Assembly: GCA_963575745.1 (NCBI GenBank)
Contig: CAUYUJ010000187.1
Span: 1 to 64,000, forward strand
Length of the DNA stretch: 64,000 nucleotides
DNA from: Prorocentrum cordatum
Taxonomy: Eukaryota
Reading direction: 5' to 3'
This document shows, piece by piece, positions 20,218 through 34,111 of this stretch (position 1 is its first letter; each line of letters begins with the position of its first letter). The translations under genes and the position numbers were made by a program. The notes below the pieces were generated by a model, which saw only the letters and a program-made list of their open reading frames with translations, was not told the origin of the DNA and did no database searches.

Positions 20218-23200
20218 AGGTTACGAGGTACCAGATCCCGTTGCTGCCAGAGAAAGTTCGCACCGTGCAGACTGCGCAGGGCATGGGCATGGATGCGGCC
20301 ACCATGGTGCTCCAGAAGCCCATGAACATGGGCGCCGATGACTGGTGGCTGCACCTGTACGTCATGCTCAGTCGCGTTCGCGTGGCCCACCGCGTGCTCG
20401 TCTACAACCTGCCGCCCTGGGACATTCTGGAGCGGGGCCCGCCCCAGTACGTCCGCGACGGTGTCCAACGCTTTGAAAAAAAGATGCTCGAGAGTTTCGA
20501 AATCGCCAAGCAGAAGGCGCAGGAGTACGGCTGGGACGTGGGGGATGGGCCCGCCGCGCGGAGGGCCCTGGAGTCGAGCTCGGCGCCCGCGCCGCCGGTG
20601 GTGCCACGGGCGTCGCCGCTGGGCCCGTCTCGGGCCGCGGGGACCTCAGCGGGCGTCGGTGAGGCGGACGACGACGACGACGAAGCGGCCGGATCAGTTC
20701 CTTCGGACGGGGAGGCGGCCCCTGCGGCGTCTGTGCATACGCCTCTGCCCTCGCACGCGCTGCGCTTGGGTCAGGCTCTGACGGTGCCACCGGCATACAT
20801 TGCGCCGGACGCAGGGCTTGCGGGGCCGGGCAGGGGCCGCGGCCGCGGCGGTGACGCGACGGGGACCGGAGATGCGGCGGCGGCATCGTCGACGGGGAGC
20901 GCTGTTTCGCGGGGGCGACGGCGCGCGGGTGGCGGCCGCGGTGTCGGTAGGGGCACCGTAGTGCCGAGGGATCTTTGGGGGGACATGTTTCGCACGGCGG
21001 CGACTGTTGGCGATGGTGCAGAGCCGCCAGAGCTGCGCCCGCTGGACCGGGATCTGTGCATGGCAGCTTACGGCGTGTCCCAGGAGGAGGTGACCAGGGA
21101 GCTGCAGTGGCACTGCGGCCGCGGCTCTGGCGTGGGCATCGCAAACCTCGGCAATACTTGCTTCGTGAGCGCAGTCGCGCAGGTGCTGCTACGCCTGGCT
21201 CCCTTCCGTCGGCTTCTCTACGTTCACGACCAGCGGTGCCCTCTGGGTGCGGCATCTTGCGCGGCGTGCGCGCTCGGAGCTCAGGCCACGGCTCTCTCTG
21301 TCCAGGGCGGGGGGGTCGACACCGACGCGCCGCTGGCTGCCGCCGCGCGCGCGGGGCTTTTTGGTGAGCGAGAATTCACAGAATACGATCAGCAAGGGAG
21401 ACCGAAGCAATGCGACGCGTCAGAGTTCTTCTTGGCCGCCCTCCATGCCGTTACCGAGGTCGAACACCCTGTTTGTACCGCAAGGGGGGCTCACGGGCAG
21501 CGCAGTGTGCTCCAGCAGCACGTCTGCGGCATTGCGTTTCGGCAGCGGAGGCGATGCGCCGCGTGCACAGCAAGTTCGGACAAGGGGGAAATTAAGACGT
21601 TTCTGAAGGTGGTGCCTTCCGAATTGCTCGGCCCCGACCACCGGGGGCCGTGCGATCTGGAGGACTTGATCCGGCTGGGATTAAGGCATGTCGGTGAGCC
21701 AGGGCCAGGATGTCCGGCGCACGCTCACCTCGATGATGCTCAGAGGGCGGCGGCCGGGGTCTGTCAAGGCATCAGGGTATATACAGGCAATCGCTGGGAG
21801 CGGTCGCCGCCGGTGCTCTTCGTGATCGTGGAGCGGGTGATAGGCCAGTGGTACGACAGACGCCCTGTGCGCTTTCCTCAGATTCTGCGGCCTGTGGATT
21901 CCCAGTGCCAGTACGATTTCTCGGGGGTCGTGGTGCACCAGGGCGAAAGCGCGACAAGCGGACACTATTATGCGTATGCATCCGTGGGCGTGAACGAATA
22001 CGTCAAATTCGACGACAGTGCTGTCCAGCTCCACACTTGGGCGCAGATCGCCGGAAACCACCAGGTGCACATTGGCGCCTATGTGTTTGCGTATGTGCGC
22101 AGGGCGGGTCCGCGGGGCGGAGGCGGCGGGCGCGCGGCGGCGGGGTCTGCGGGGGGCGCCAGCGGCAGCGCTGGTGCGGGACCGTCTGGTGCGCCGCCGG
22201 CTCCGCCGACTGCGCCTCTCGGGCATGCAGGCGGTCGCGCGGCGGGGTCTGCGGGGAGCGGCAGCGGCGGCGGCGGCGCTGCTTCCAGCGCCGCTGCCAA
22301 ACCGTCTGCGCCGCCGAGTGCGCCCGCCGGGCAGCAGGCGTCGGGCGGCGAGCCAACGGGCAAGCGGCGTCGGGCGGGTGGCGGGGATCCTGGCGCTGGC
22401 GACGGGGACCCCAGCGCTTCGGGGCAGCCGCAGCCGCCATCGCGCAGGGGCAAGAAGCGCGGGCTGTCCCCGCCAGCTCCGGGCCGCGCGGGCGACGAGG
22501 ACGACGACGCTGGCAGGGCCGCTGGCGTTCCGTCCGCGGACCCTGTGCCTGCTGGAGTCCAGCCAGGCGCGGGGGCGTCGCTCGCGGGGGACGAATGGCG
22601 GCGCTTTACGCCAGAAAACATTGACCCCGCGAAGTGCATGGCTCGGACGTGGGGGAACGGAGCTGGTGGGCAATGCCGGAGCGCGCAAAAGCAGGGATGC
22701 GGGGATCTGTGCGGGCTGCATTTCAAGCAGCAGCACAAAGATGGTTGGCATGGGCGTGTGGACGGGCCCATCCCGGAGGGAAAGTTGCAGGTGTTCAAGG
22801 AGAAGAACGCAGGGAAGGCCCCGCGTGCGGCGCCCGCGGCTGAGGCTGGCGCGGTGCCCGGCAGCGATGGCGTCGCCGCGAGGGCGCCGACAGGGGGCGG
22901 CGAGGGTGCTGGAGGGGCTAGCGCAACCAATGCGGCTTCGGAGCCATCCTCGGGCGGCGAGCGCGGGGGGCGTGGCGGGCGCGCGACGGCGAGGGAAATC
23001 GCCGCCGCTGCCGCGGAGGAGCGCGCGCGGCAGGAGGATCCTGAAGAACGGCGGACGCGCTTGGGCATCGCCGAGCACAACAAGCGGCAGGAGTTGCTCG
23101 GCCAGGTCGCTGGAGCCTTCCGATTGCGCCAGGAGGACGTGCCCGTCAGCATCGGCAGGTGGATTGACGAGAAGCTGCGACAGATGTTGCGCCGCCTGCG

Positions 23201-23264
23201 CCCGGAAAGAGATGACGTGGTGAGCGAGCCAACGATTGCGGCGCTGTCGGAGGAGGCTCTCTGA
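20169..23264 (+). CDS. Frameshifted continuation of RepHel: PIF1 motifs V-VI, ubiquitin-specific protease (peptidase C19) domain and second C3H finger
   Basis: RYQIPL..TVQTAQG (20262) and YVMLSRV (20358); Cys box [10 protein letters not shown] (21135-21164); QCDASEFF; His box [22 protein letters not shown] (~22005); CMARTW..GGQC..LCGLH (22635-22721). Confidence 0.88.
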   Translation: MEPSLRDEGERKLRKVKVTRYQIPLLPEKVRTVQTAQGMGMDAATMVLQKPMNMGADDWWLHLYVMLSRVRVAHRVLVYNLPPWDILERGPPQYVRDGVQRFEKKMLESFEIAKQKAQEYGWDVGDGPAARRALESSSAPAPPVVPRASPLGPSRAAGTSAGVGEADDDDDEAAGSVPSDGEAAPAASVHTPLPSHALRLGQALTVPPAYIAPDAGLAGPGRGRGRGGDATGTGDAAAASSTGSAVSRGRRRAGGGRGVGRGTVVPRDLWGDMFRTAATVGDGAEPPELRPLDRDLCMAAYGVSQEEVTRELQWHCGRGSGVGIANLGNTCFVSAVAQVLLRLAPFRRLLYVHDQRCPLGAASCAACALGAQATALSVQGGGVDTDAPLAAAARAGLFGEREFTEYDQQGRPKQCDASEFFLAALHAVTEVEHPVCTARGAHGQRSVLQQHVCGIAFRQRRRCAACTASSDKGEIKTFLKVVPSELLGPDHRGPCDLEDLIRLGLRHVGEPGPGCPAHAHLDDAQRAAAGVCQGIRVYTGNRWERSPPVLFVIVERVIGQWYDRRPVRFPQILRPVDSQCQYDFSGVVVHQGESATSGHYYAYASVGVNEYVKFDDSAVQLHTWAQIAGNHQVHIGAYVFAYVRRAGPRGGGGGRAAAGSAGGASGSAGAGPSGAPPAPPTAPLGHAGGRAAGSAGSGSGGGGAASSAAAKPSAPPSAPAGQQASGGEPTGKRRRAGGGDPGAGDGDPSASGQPQPPSRRGKKRGLSPPAPGRAGDEDDDAGRAAGVPSADPVPAGVQPGAGASLAGDEWRRFTPENIDPAKCMARTWGNGAGGQCRSAQKQGCGDLCGLHFKQQHKDGWHGRVDGPIPEGKLQVFKEKNAGKAPRAAPAAEAGAVPGSDGVAARAPTGGGEGAGGASATNAASEPSSGGERGGRGGRATAREIAAAAAEERARQEDPEERRTRLGIAEHNKRQELLGQVAGAFRLRQEDVPVSIGRWIDEKLRQMLRRLRPERDDVVSEPTIAALSEEAL

Positions 23265-23289
23265 GTGCTGCGCCTCGACGGCGGCTCTC

Positions 23290-25450
23290 TGAGTGTGTGC
23301 CTGTGTGTCTGTGTGTCTGTGAGTCTGTGTGTCTGTGTGTCTGTGTGTCTGTGTGTCTGTGTCTGCATGTCTGTGTATTTGAGTTTCTGTGTGTCTGTGT
23401 GTCTGTGTGTCTGTGTGTCTGTGTGTCTGTGTGTCTGCGTGTCTGCGTGTGTGTGTGTGTGGCTGTGTGTCTGTGTGTCTGTGGTCTGTGTGTCTGTGTG
23501 TCTGTGTATCTGTGTCTCTGTTTGTCTGTGTGTCCGTGTCTGTGAGTCTGTATGTCTGTGTGTCTGTGCGTTTGTGTGTCTGTGTGTCCGTGTATCTCTG
23601 TGCGTGTGTGTCCGCGTGTCTCTCTGTCTGTGTGTCTGTGTGTCTGTGTGTCCGTGTGTGCGTTTCCTCGTCTGTTTGAGCCCCTGGCGCTCCGCGAGGG
23701 CGGAGTGGCTGGAGTGGAGGGAGGGCTGGCCCCGAAATTGGGCGGTGCCTCCCCCCTCTGGAGCGCCAGCGGGAGTGGCGGGGGGCGGGGTGCGTAGAGG
23801 GCCGCATGGGGGTCGCGGGGGAGGGAGGGGTGTCTGTGTGGCTGTGTGTCTGTGTGTTTGAGTGTTCTTGTGTCTGTGTCTTTGTGTCTGTGTGCCGGTG
23901 TGTCAGTGTGCCTGTGTGTCTGTGCGCCTGTGTGTATGTGTGTCGGTGCGTCTGTGTGTCTGTGTGTCTGCGTGTCTGCGTGTCTGTGTTTCTGTGTGTA
24001 TATGTGTCTGTGTGTGCGTGTGCTTGTGTGTCTGTGTGTCCGTGTGTCTGTGTGACTGTGTGCTTGTGTGCCTGTGTGTCTTTGTGTCTGTGTGTCTGTG
24101 TGTCTGTGTGTCTGTGTTTCTGTGTGTCTGTGTGTCCGTGTTTCTGTGTGTCTGTGTGTCTGTGTGTCTGTGTCTCTGTGTGTCAGCGTGTCTGTGTGTC
24201 TGTGTCTGGCATGTGTGTGCGCTGGTGTGCGTTTGCGTGTGTGTGTGTGTGTGCGTGTGCGTGTGTCTGTGGCTGCGTGAGTGTTTGCGTGCGTGTGTGT
24301 GTGTGTGTGCGGGTGTTCGCGTGTGGGCGTGAGCATCCTTGTGCGGGAGTGGCCGCCGCTGCCGACGGTTCTGGGGGGCCAGCGCGACCTTGGCGGCGCT
24401 GGCCTCGTCGGTGGGCGGTGGAGGCTGGGCGACTTCGAGGATTGCGTGTACGTGTGTCTGTGTTCCTTCTTGTTAATGTGTCTGTGTGTCTGTCTGTGTC
24501 TTTTGTGAGTATGTGTGTCTGTGTGTCGTGTGCCTTTGTGTCTCTGTGTCTGTGTAGCTGTGTGTCTGTGTGTCTGTGTGTCTGTGTGTCAGCGTGTCAG
24601 TGTGGCAGTGGCAGTGTGTCACTGTGTCAGTGTTTGTCAGTGTGTCTGTGTGTCTGTGTGTCTGTGTGTCTGTGTGTCTGTGTCTCTGTGTGACCGTGTG
24701 TCTGTGTGTCTGTGTGTATGTGTGTGTGTGTCCGTGTGTATGCGTGTCTGTGTGTCTGTGTGTCTGTGTGTCTGTGTCTGCGTCTCTGTGTGTCTGTGTG
24801 TCTGTGTGTCTGTGCGTCTGTGTGTCTTTGTGTGTTTTTGTGTCTGTGTGTCTGTGTGTGTGTGTACCTGTGTGTCTGTGCGTCTATGTGTCTCTGTGTC
24901 TGTGAGTGAGTGTGTCTGTGTGTCAGTGTGTCAGTGTGTCTGTGTGTGTCTCTGTGTCTGTGTGTGTGTCTGTGCGTCTGTGTTTCTGTGTGTCTGTGTG
25001 TCTGTGTGTCTCTGTGTCTGTGCGCGTGTGTATGCGTGTGAGTGTGTGGGTGTGTGTCTGCCTGTGTGCGCGCGCGGCGCTGGGGCCCCCGCGCTTTGCC
25101 CCAGTGGCGCTCCGCGAGGGCGGAGTGGCTGGAGTGCAGGGAGGTCCGGCCGCAAAATGGGGCGGTGCCTCCCCCCTCCAGAGCGCCGGCGGGGAGGCCG
25201 GGGGCGCGTGGTGTGTGCTTGTGTGATTTGGGTGCGTGTTCGTCTCCGTAGGTGTGTATGTGAGATGTTGTGTGTTTGTGTGTGTGTGTGTGTGCGCGTT
25301 CGCGCGTGTGTTTCGACCTCTACGCGTGGATGTGTGCGTGTGTGTGCGTGTGTGTGTGCGTGTGTGCTGAGCATGCTGGCGTGCGTTTGTGTCCTCGTGT
25401 TGTATGTGTGTGGCCGTGCGTGCGTGCTGATGTGCGTGTGCTCGTTTGTG
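23290..25450. repeat. (GTGTCTGT)n/(GT)n microsatellite field within the Helitron 3' region
   Basis: Directly visible 8-bp periodicity, interrupted by GC-rich islands. Confidence 0.95.
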
Positions 25451-26049
25451 TGAGCGCCTCTTTGCTATCCGGGTTTTGGACGCTTCCAAGTTTGAAAAAT
25501 ATTTGAAAATTCATTTTAAGAAAGCAGATTTCTCGCATGTTAAGACGCGTTTGCCAGTAAACGTTTCAAGCCTGTAGCTGAAAAGAGCTCTACGAGGGTC
25601 CCGGCGGTAATCTGGTTGATGATCTACCTCCGGTTCCCATTGGACGCTACCAAGTGGACGCTACCAAGTTCCGGGAGAGCTCGCTGAGAGCTCAAGGGTG
25701 AATCCGGACGGTGGTGGTGCCGGCCAGGAGCTCTAGTTTTTAATTCTAAAAATTCGAATTGTAACTTTTGAACAGACACTTGGGAAGATATATGTATTAA
25801 GAATACCACACGCAGAATGAAGACGAAGTGCTTGCTAGGGGGTATCTTCTTGTATATATAAAAATAATGATAATAACTTATTAATAATAATAAGTATAAT
25901 GAAATAAATGAAGAGACCTTTCTGCCCATCCTGTATTTTTTTGATTTTTTTTTCAGGGTTCTGCTGGATTCCGCACCCGCTAATGAAATCTGATTGGAGA
26001 GAGAATGAGGAGGCGAAGGAGACATATGAAGAGATGAAGACGGATAAGG

Positions 26050-27112
26050 AATGACGAGGCGGAGGAGGACGAGCGTGCTCTCTCGCGTCGGCGACCGCAT
26101 CGAGTTATGCAGAGTCTCCAGCCCTGGTTCACTGTGTTCGAGGTCTCGCAGGGCACCCCACTGGGAGCAGAGTATGTGCTCGACTGGAGTTAGGTTGGAA
26201 GACCTTCTCAGTGGACACGCTACAGCAGCTAAATTCACCCAAGATATTTGAATTCTGCTTGATAAAAGATGCTATCTCAGGCACTCACTGGAAGGAGGAG
26301 GAGGAGAACAAAACGAAGGCTCAACAACAACGTGAAAACGATCGTGCTGCGAAAAGGATTGCTTTGCTGTATCAGGATGAGATTAACTGGAGGATCAACC
26401 CTGGATCTCTGGCCTTAGAAATGAGGGGGGATAGCCTGTGTGTAAGACGTTGGCCGACGGGCAAAAACAGATGCTTGAATGAAATTTGCAGCCAAACAAT
26501 AGCTGCCATGCAACATACTCCGTATTCCGTGTGTAAGCAGTTCCAGATCTACAGTCCTGAGGCGGGCCGTGATTTTTGGAAATGGGTCTATCGGGAGGGG
26601 AACGCAGAGGCGGACCACGAGACATATGTGGCCAGAGAAGGGCAGACTACATCAGATGTGCGGTGGGATCTCGATACACTTTCTTCAATTCGTTCGGGTC
26701 AATATAGTGTACACGCGGTGAGAGGCTCTTTTGATGGTGGCAGATGTGAGTTAGGCACATCGTGCGGTTGTGTGATTGATACCTTTATCTCTGCTAATTT
26801 GCGTCCTGCTTCCCTCCCCCCTGGCCTTCCTCCCAAGCGTTGGCAGCTCGGAGTCGCCAAGCGTGCTTTTTTGCTCCCCTCCCACTGTGCTGTCACCCAG
26901 GCGGAGCTTGCTGCATCTGAGAGTTTATTGTCGGGAGTTGTGGATTCGTGCGCACACATTTGTAGATAGCACACGTCTTTTACAGCTTCGCTGCATAATC
27001 TTGCCGCTTTTATCTTTCAGCTTTGCTGCCTCTGTACAGCTTCGCTGTTAGTATTCTCTGTGTCCTGGCCTGCTCCCTTGGGAGCTCGAATCGGCCAACG
27101 CAGACACCGCAG
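26050..27112 (+). mobile_element. 5'-truncated LINE of a second, related family, abutting the right half of the Helitron 3' hairpin
   Basis: Its 3' end joins ACCAGGTTGACGGTTCACCGCCGGCGCCAG (27113-27142). Its ORF shares motifs with 2272-4158. The 5' boundary is approximate. Confidence 0.65.
26211..26969 (+). CDS. LINE C-terminal RNase H-like domain (permuted motif order), partial
   Basis: MRGDSLCV, WVYREGNAEAD, RGSFDGG and TQAELAA occur in the same order as in 2272-4158. Confidence 0.65.
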   Translation: MDTLQQLNSPKIFEFCLIKDAISGTHWKEEEENKTKAQQQRENDRAAKRIALLYQDEINWRINPGSLALEMRGDSLCVRRWPTGKNRCLNEICSQTIAAMQHTPYSVCKQFQIYSPEAGRDFWKWVYREGNAEADHETYVAREGQTTSDVRWDLDTLSSIRSGQYSVHAVRGSFDGGRCELGTSCGCVIDTFISANLRPASLPPGLPPKRWQLGVAKRAFLLPSHCAVTQAELAASESLLSGVVDSCAHICR

Positions 27113-27641
27113 ACCAGGTTGACGGTTCACCGCCGGCGCCAGTGAGGCCGAGCTCAAACCCAAAAAATACCTCGTAGAGCTCTTCGGCAACGATGAGCTA
27201 GAGGAATTCGGGCGCAGGATGCAGCTAGTGTCTCGTAGAGCTTCCCTAAGAGGGTTAGCGGCGAAGCTGGAAGAGTAGCTCGTAGAGCTCTTCGGCATCG
27301 ATGAGCTAGAGGAATTCCGGCGCGGGGTTCAGCTAGTTGGCCGACCCGGCCCGGGCGGGCAATGTGGTGACCTGGGGTCGGTTTTTCGGAGATTCTGAGA
27401 GATTTTGGAATTAGTTTTGAGAATCCAGATTTTTATTCTCTGCAGTCGATCATGACGCGCTCGATGGTGCCATTCTTAGGGCTCTAGCTGCATAATTTCC
27501 ATCAAAAGACTAGGAGGAACCGACGTTCGTAAAACCCAAAAACAACATTTCTTCAGTTTTTAATTCATATTCACGAACGTTTTCGTCTGTTATCTGGGAA
27601 CTGACTTGGTCTCTTCTGAGCTCTACGAGGGTCCCGGCGGT

Positions 27642-29587
<1,946 letters not shown>

Positions 29588-31614
29588 AACCTGGTTGACG
29601 GTTTACCGCCTTGCTCCCAGTAGTTCCGGCGCGCTGGGGGGTTAGTTAGCAAAACAAATTTCGACGGAAGTTTTGGGAATTTTGGACTTGTTTAAATCAG
29701 ATGTCTCGAAATCCAACAGGTCGTTAGAGCCCTAGTATTTTTCCCGTGATCTTTGATCTTTTTTTCCCGCTCGTCATCTTAATCTCAGCTCGATCGGGTG
29801 CGGGATCGGCTGTTTCGAGTCATCTTGACAGGTGCTGTCGGTTTTCTGAACTTAACTCGAGCTGTAGGACCGCTACAGAGCTGGTGTGCACACCTAATCG
29901 ATCCTGCATGATCTGGCGCGTTTGTCTCTAGTATCTTGAGGTCCGAAATCGGTCTGCTACTCGAGCTAGGTCCGCGAAACTATTCGTACTCTATTTTTTT
30001 GCATGATGATGCGTTTCTTGATTTTGCTCGAGCTGCAGATGAGCTACAGGGCTCTCTGGCACATCAATCGGAAGGGAATCATCAGGCGCGACAGTCTGCA
30101 GTATCTACACGCCTGATCTCGGTCTGCTATCAGCGCTGGGGCTGAAAGACTTTTCGTGCGCTGCTATTTTTTTTGATGGTGTGTGGTTTTCTTGACTTAA
30201 CTCTAGCTGCAGATGAGCTACCGAGCTGCTAAGCACAGAAGCCGGAAGGGAATCATCAGGCGCGCTAGTTCAAAGTATCTAGACGCCTGATCTCTGTCTG
30301 CTGTCAGCGCTGGGACTGAAACACTACTTGTACTCTGCATTTTTTTGGAGATGGTGATGGTTTTCTTGGCCTAACTCGTTTGCAGATGTGCTGCAAAGAT
30401 GTTCGGCGCAGCAATGGAAAGAAATCAGGCGCGATTGTCTGCAGTATCTAGACGCCCGATCTCGGTCTGCTATCAGCGCTGGGGCTGAACAACTATTCGT
30501 ACTCTTGCTATTTTTTCGAGATGGTGATGCTTTCCTTGACTAACTCGAGCTGCAAATGAGCTACAGAGCTGTTCGGCACAGCAATGGAAAGGAAATAATC
30601 AGGCGCGCTAGTTCAAAGTATCTAGAGGCCTGAAATCAGTCTACTATCAGCGCTGGGGCCGAATAATTATTCGTACTCTGTAATTTTTTTAGAGAGTGAT
30701 GAAGTGTCCAGACGCCTGAACTCGGTCTGGTGTGTCTATTATTTCTTTCCAGAGGTATTTTTCCCTCGCTCCTCCTTCTCCTCCGCGTCCTCCTTCATGA
30801 GACCGCGCCCTCGCACTCGCAATGCGAGATTGCCGCGCTCGCGTTGCACGAGGAAGCTCTACGAGTTCCCGGCGGTAACCAAGGTTGACGGTTTACCGCC
30901 GGCTCCCAGTTGGCCAACCCGGCCGGGGCGGACAATGTGGTGACCTGGGGTCGGTTTTTCGAAGATTCTGAGAGATTCTGAAATTCGTTTTGGAAATCCG
31001 AATTTTGATTCTCTGCAGTCGATCATGGCGCGCTCGATGGTGCAATCCTCAGGGCTCTAGCAGCGTTATTTCGATCAAAAGACTAGGACGAACCGACGTT
31101 ATATAAACCCGAAACAAATATTTCTTCCGTTTTCAAGCTTATATTGACGAACGTTTCTCTCCTGTTATCTGGGAATTGGTTCGGTCCCTGCAGCGCTCTA
31201 CGAGGGTCCCGGCGGTAACCTGGTTGACGGTTTACCGCCAGCTCCCAGTTGCCGGCTAAAACGACCCGACATCATGCCATGATCCCCCATGATCTCCCAT
31301 GATCTTCCATGATCTCTCATGATCTCTCATGAGCACTGTGTGAGCTCGTGTGTACGCTCCAGCAAGGCAAAATTTGGGATCTCTGCTACATGAGTGTAGC
31401 TCAAGCGTGTTGCTTGTGCGCTCCGACGGGGATCCCACGCGTCGAAGGGGAGTAATTCTCCGCCGGGTGCGCTTCTGAGGGGCTGAGTTGCATCACCTTA
31501 CGCTCTTGCGCTTTAGTGCTGCTCCTCGCTGCTCATGCTGGTGCTGCTTCAGAGCCCGATCCCACTCCCGATCGCTCTCCTCGGGCCCTTAAGGCACCCT
31601 GTAGAACCACCTCG

Positions 31615-31743
31615 CGACGACGACCGACGACGACGACAACGACGACTACGACGACGACGACGACGACGACGACTACGACGGCAACGACGACGACGGAGCG
31701 ACGACGACGACGCACGCGACTACGACGACGACGACGACGACGA
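31615..31743. repeat. (ACG)n microsatellite
   Basis: Directly visible. Confidence 0.95.
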
Positions 31744-31942
31744 GGTCCCCACCCTCCTCACTATATCATGTCGTTGGGGGTTCTCCGAGGCCCAGTCAGC
31801 AAATGGTAACCCTACAAGGATCTCCTTGGGGGCTCACTCGAGGGGTTATATTACAGGCTATATAGGTTAGTGGCTCCCCATTTCCTCGAGGGCTCCTGAG
31901 GCGGCCCCCCGCCCGTATGCATTGCGGCGCAGTTAATTAAGG

Positions 31943-33971
31943 ATGCCAGTGACGCGTAGACGCACCGTACCCCCTGAGTTGTCAGCAGTTGATGGATACC
32001 GACGTTCGGAATCCGATGTGCAGAGTGCCGAGGAGGCAGCTGAGCTAGCTGCGCGAAAAGAGGAGGCAGGGAATTGTTTGATCGAGCACCTTCTGGGACT
32101 GTATGCTTCAGGGTACATGACAGCAAAAATCCTTTGCATATTTTGCAGTTGGGCAAAGGAGGCAGGTGCGGCAGATGATTGGTCGCAAGTCGCTCTCAAG
32201 CCAAGTACCCCGACAGGCCATTTCCAACGTAAGATAGACAAGTTTTTCGATGAGCAAAACAATGTGAAGCCTTTGACGTTGTCAGTCCCTGTAATGAGAT
32301 TTCAAGGCCACAGAGAGTGTAGAGACACCCCGTTCAAGGCACCTCACGAAGTATTGGCTGCTGAGGCCGACCCCGAGGGCTTACAGCAACTACAGGATGC
32401 CCCGCTTGAGCTCGACTGGGCATCCGAATACAAGAAGAACCAAGTTGTCATCGACGCCAAGGGGACTCATGACGTAATCACTCCATCCGTTCTCTACGTA
32501 GACGGAATACGGTACACCAAAGCTATTTCAGTGGGCCGCTCAGACACATGCGTTGCATTCTTTGCATACTCTGCAGTATTCCAGCGTAGGCACCTGCTCG
32601 GACTTCTTCGGAAGTCCGAGCTGTGCAAATGTGGGTGCAGGGGGTGGTGCACGATGTATCCAATAATGCAATGTTTAGCGTGGTCGTATCGTGCAGGAGG
32701 TCAGGGTCGGCGTCCAGATAAGTTCTACGATGGTCTCGCGTTTCCTGAGGGATCACCATGGGAAAAGCTCGAGGCCGATAGCCCTCAACTGTCCCCTCGG
32801 CTGGCACTGGTGCAAGTTAAGGGGGACTGGAGCGAGGTTTGCTCGTCGTTCGCTTTTCCCAGCTGGGCTTCAAAGTATTCTCCATGCATGTTTTGCTGCG
32901 CCCGCAAAGAAAACTCACACGATTACAGTGGCGTAAGTTTGCTTGGGCACGAATGGGGCGTCAAACAAGGGGACGTATACGATAGGACGTGCAGCGATTG
33001 TGAACACAAAGTCGAAATACATACACCAGAAGAGATGTCTATTATACTTGATGCCCTATTTCAGGATAAGGTCTAATCGAATCGGTGGTAGAGCGTTGGA
33101 GAAAGATTTGCCAATGTTTAAGTTGTGCAAGGACGACCGCTTGGAACCTTCGGAGTGTCTCTTGGATGTACGCGCACTCAAACCGTGTGATCTCCCGATC
33201 ACGCTCACGTTTTGGAGACGGCACGCGATCGGGGTTGCTTGCGCGGATGCCACGCACCATCGCAACCCATTGGTCGACAGGGACATCGTGGGGGACATGC
33301 AGGGGGTTTTGCGCGTGGACTTGCTTCACGCGGTCTGTTTGGGCGTGATGGCACACCTGGTCCATAACATACTTTGGCGGATTCTAGAACTAAGCCCTTG
33401 GATCATCGTCGGGGCACAAGAAGTTGTCAGGGAGCAGGGGTGCAGACATCTAAAAAACCATTTGTTTTCGTGGTATGTGTCGGAGGGCATCGACGTAACA
33501 TGCAGGCTAGGCACGCTAACATTGAAGATGCTGGGTTCCACGGCAGATGGTAACCTGACCACCAAAGCAGCCGGGACTGCACCGTTAGTTAAATGGTATG
33601 TTGCGCTGTGTCGCGAGTTTCCCCTCATGCGCGATGCTGGCAACCTGAGATCGGCATGCTAGCCCCTGTTGCCGTATATGGCTTTGATCAGCGAGGCTGG
33701 GCCACATATCCGCAGAGGGATTAATAAACGCTTGGAGCTCGCGTGTATAGACCAAATCCCCAAACGCCACCTCTGGGGGCACCTCGTCCTCGATTCATTT
33801 CAAAAAGGGATCCCGAGGATGTACAGCTGCCTGTTAGATGAGTCTTTGAACGCCGTGGTTTCACGCATCGCCCAGGCGTGCCATCGGGCGAGATGGGAGT
33901 ACCAGGTGATCTCTCGCTTGCAAGTGTTGCGGTTGCTAGACAAAATCGTATTGGGCCAACGTGTAAGATGA
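31943..33971 (+). pseudogene. Decayed DNA transposase-like gene (CMC/EnSpm/Plavaka-like)
   Basis: LYVDG (~32492), CKCGCRGWCT, VKGDW (~32816), PCMFC and VDLLHAVCLGV (~33315). Frameshift near 33070 and stop at 33660-33662. Confidence 0.55.
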
Positions 33972-34053
33972 TTTCGAAAAAAGTTTGCTGTCTCAGTTCC
34001 GTCCGGTGTAATGACACGATCGTCTGCAAATGGATCGCGCCGTGAGCGTTGTC

Positions 34054-34075
34054 ACCGTAGCCGTTTTGGCTCAAG
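34054..34075 (+). other. Relic dinoflagellate spliced leader (DinoSL)
   Basis: ACCGTAGCCGTTTTGGCTCAAG versus consensus DCCGTAGCCATTTTGGCTCAAG, 21/22 identical. Confidence 0.85.
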
Positions 34076-34111
34076 CATGTGGCCTCCTCCTTGCACATGT
34101 GTTATATACAT

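Larger units (their letters stand above)
7506..25639 (+). mobile_element. Autonomous-type Helitron-like element (Helitron2/Helentron group), >=18 kb; true 5' end not identified
   Basis: Contains the RepHel gene and ends in a diverged copy of the family 3' motif at 25585-25639. Confidence 0.75.

Noticed and set aside
23265..25538. Cys/Val-rich and His/Thr-rich ORFs
   Set aside because: They are translations of the GTGTCTGT microsatellite.
25606..27142. 25606-25639 and 27113-27142 as a TSD of the second LINE
   Set aside because: The two copies differ at many positions, and ~400 bp of unrelated sequence separates the first from the LINE ORF.
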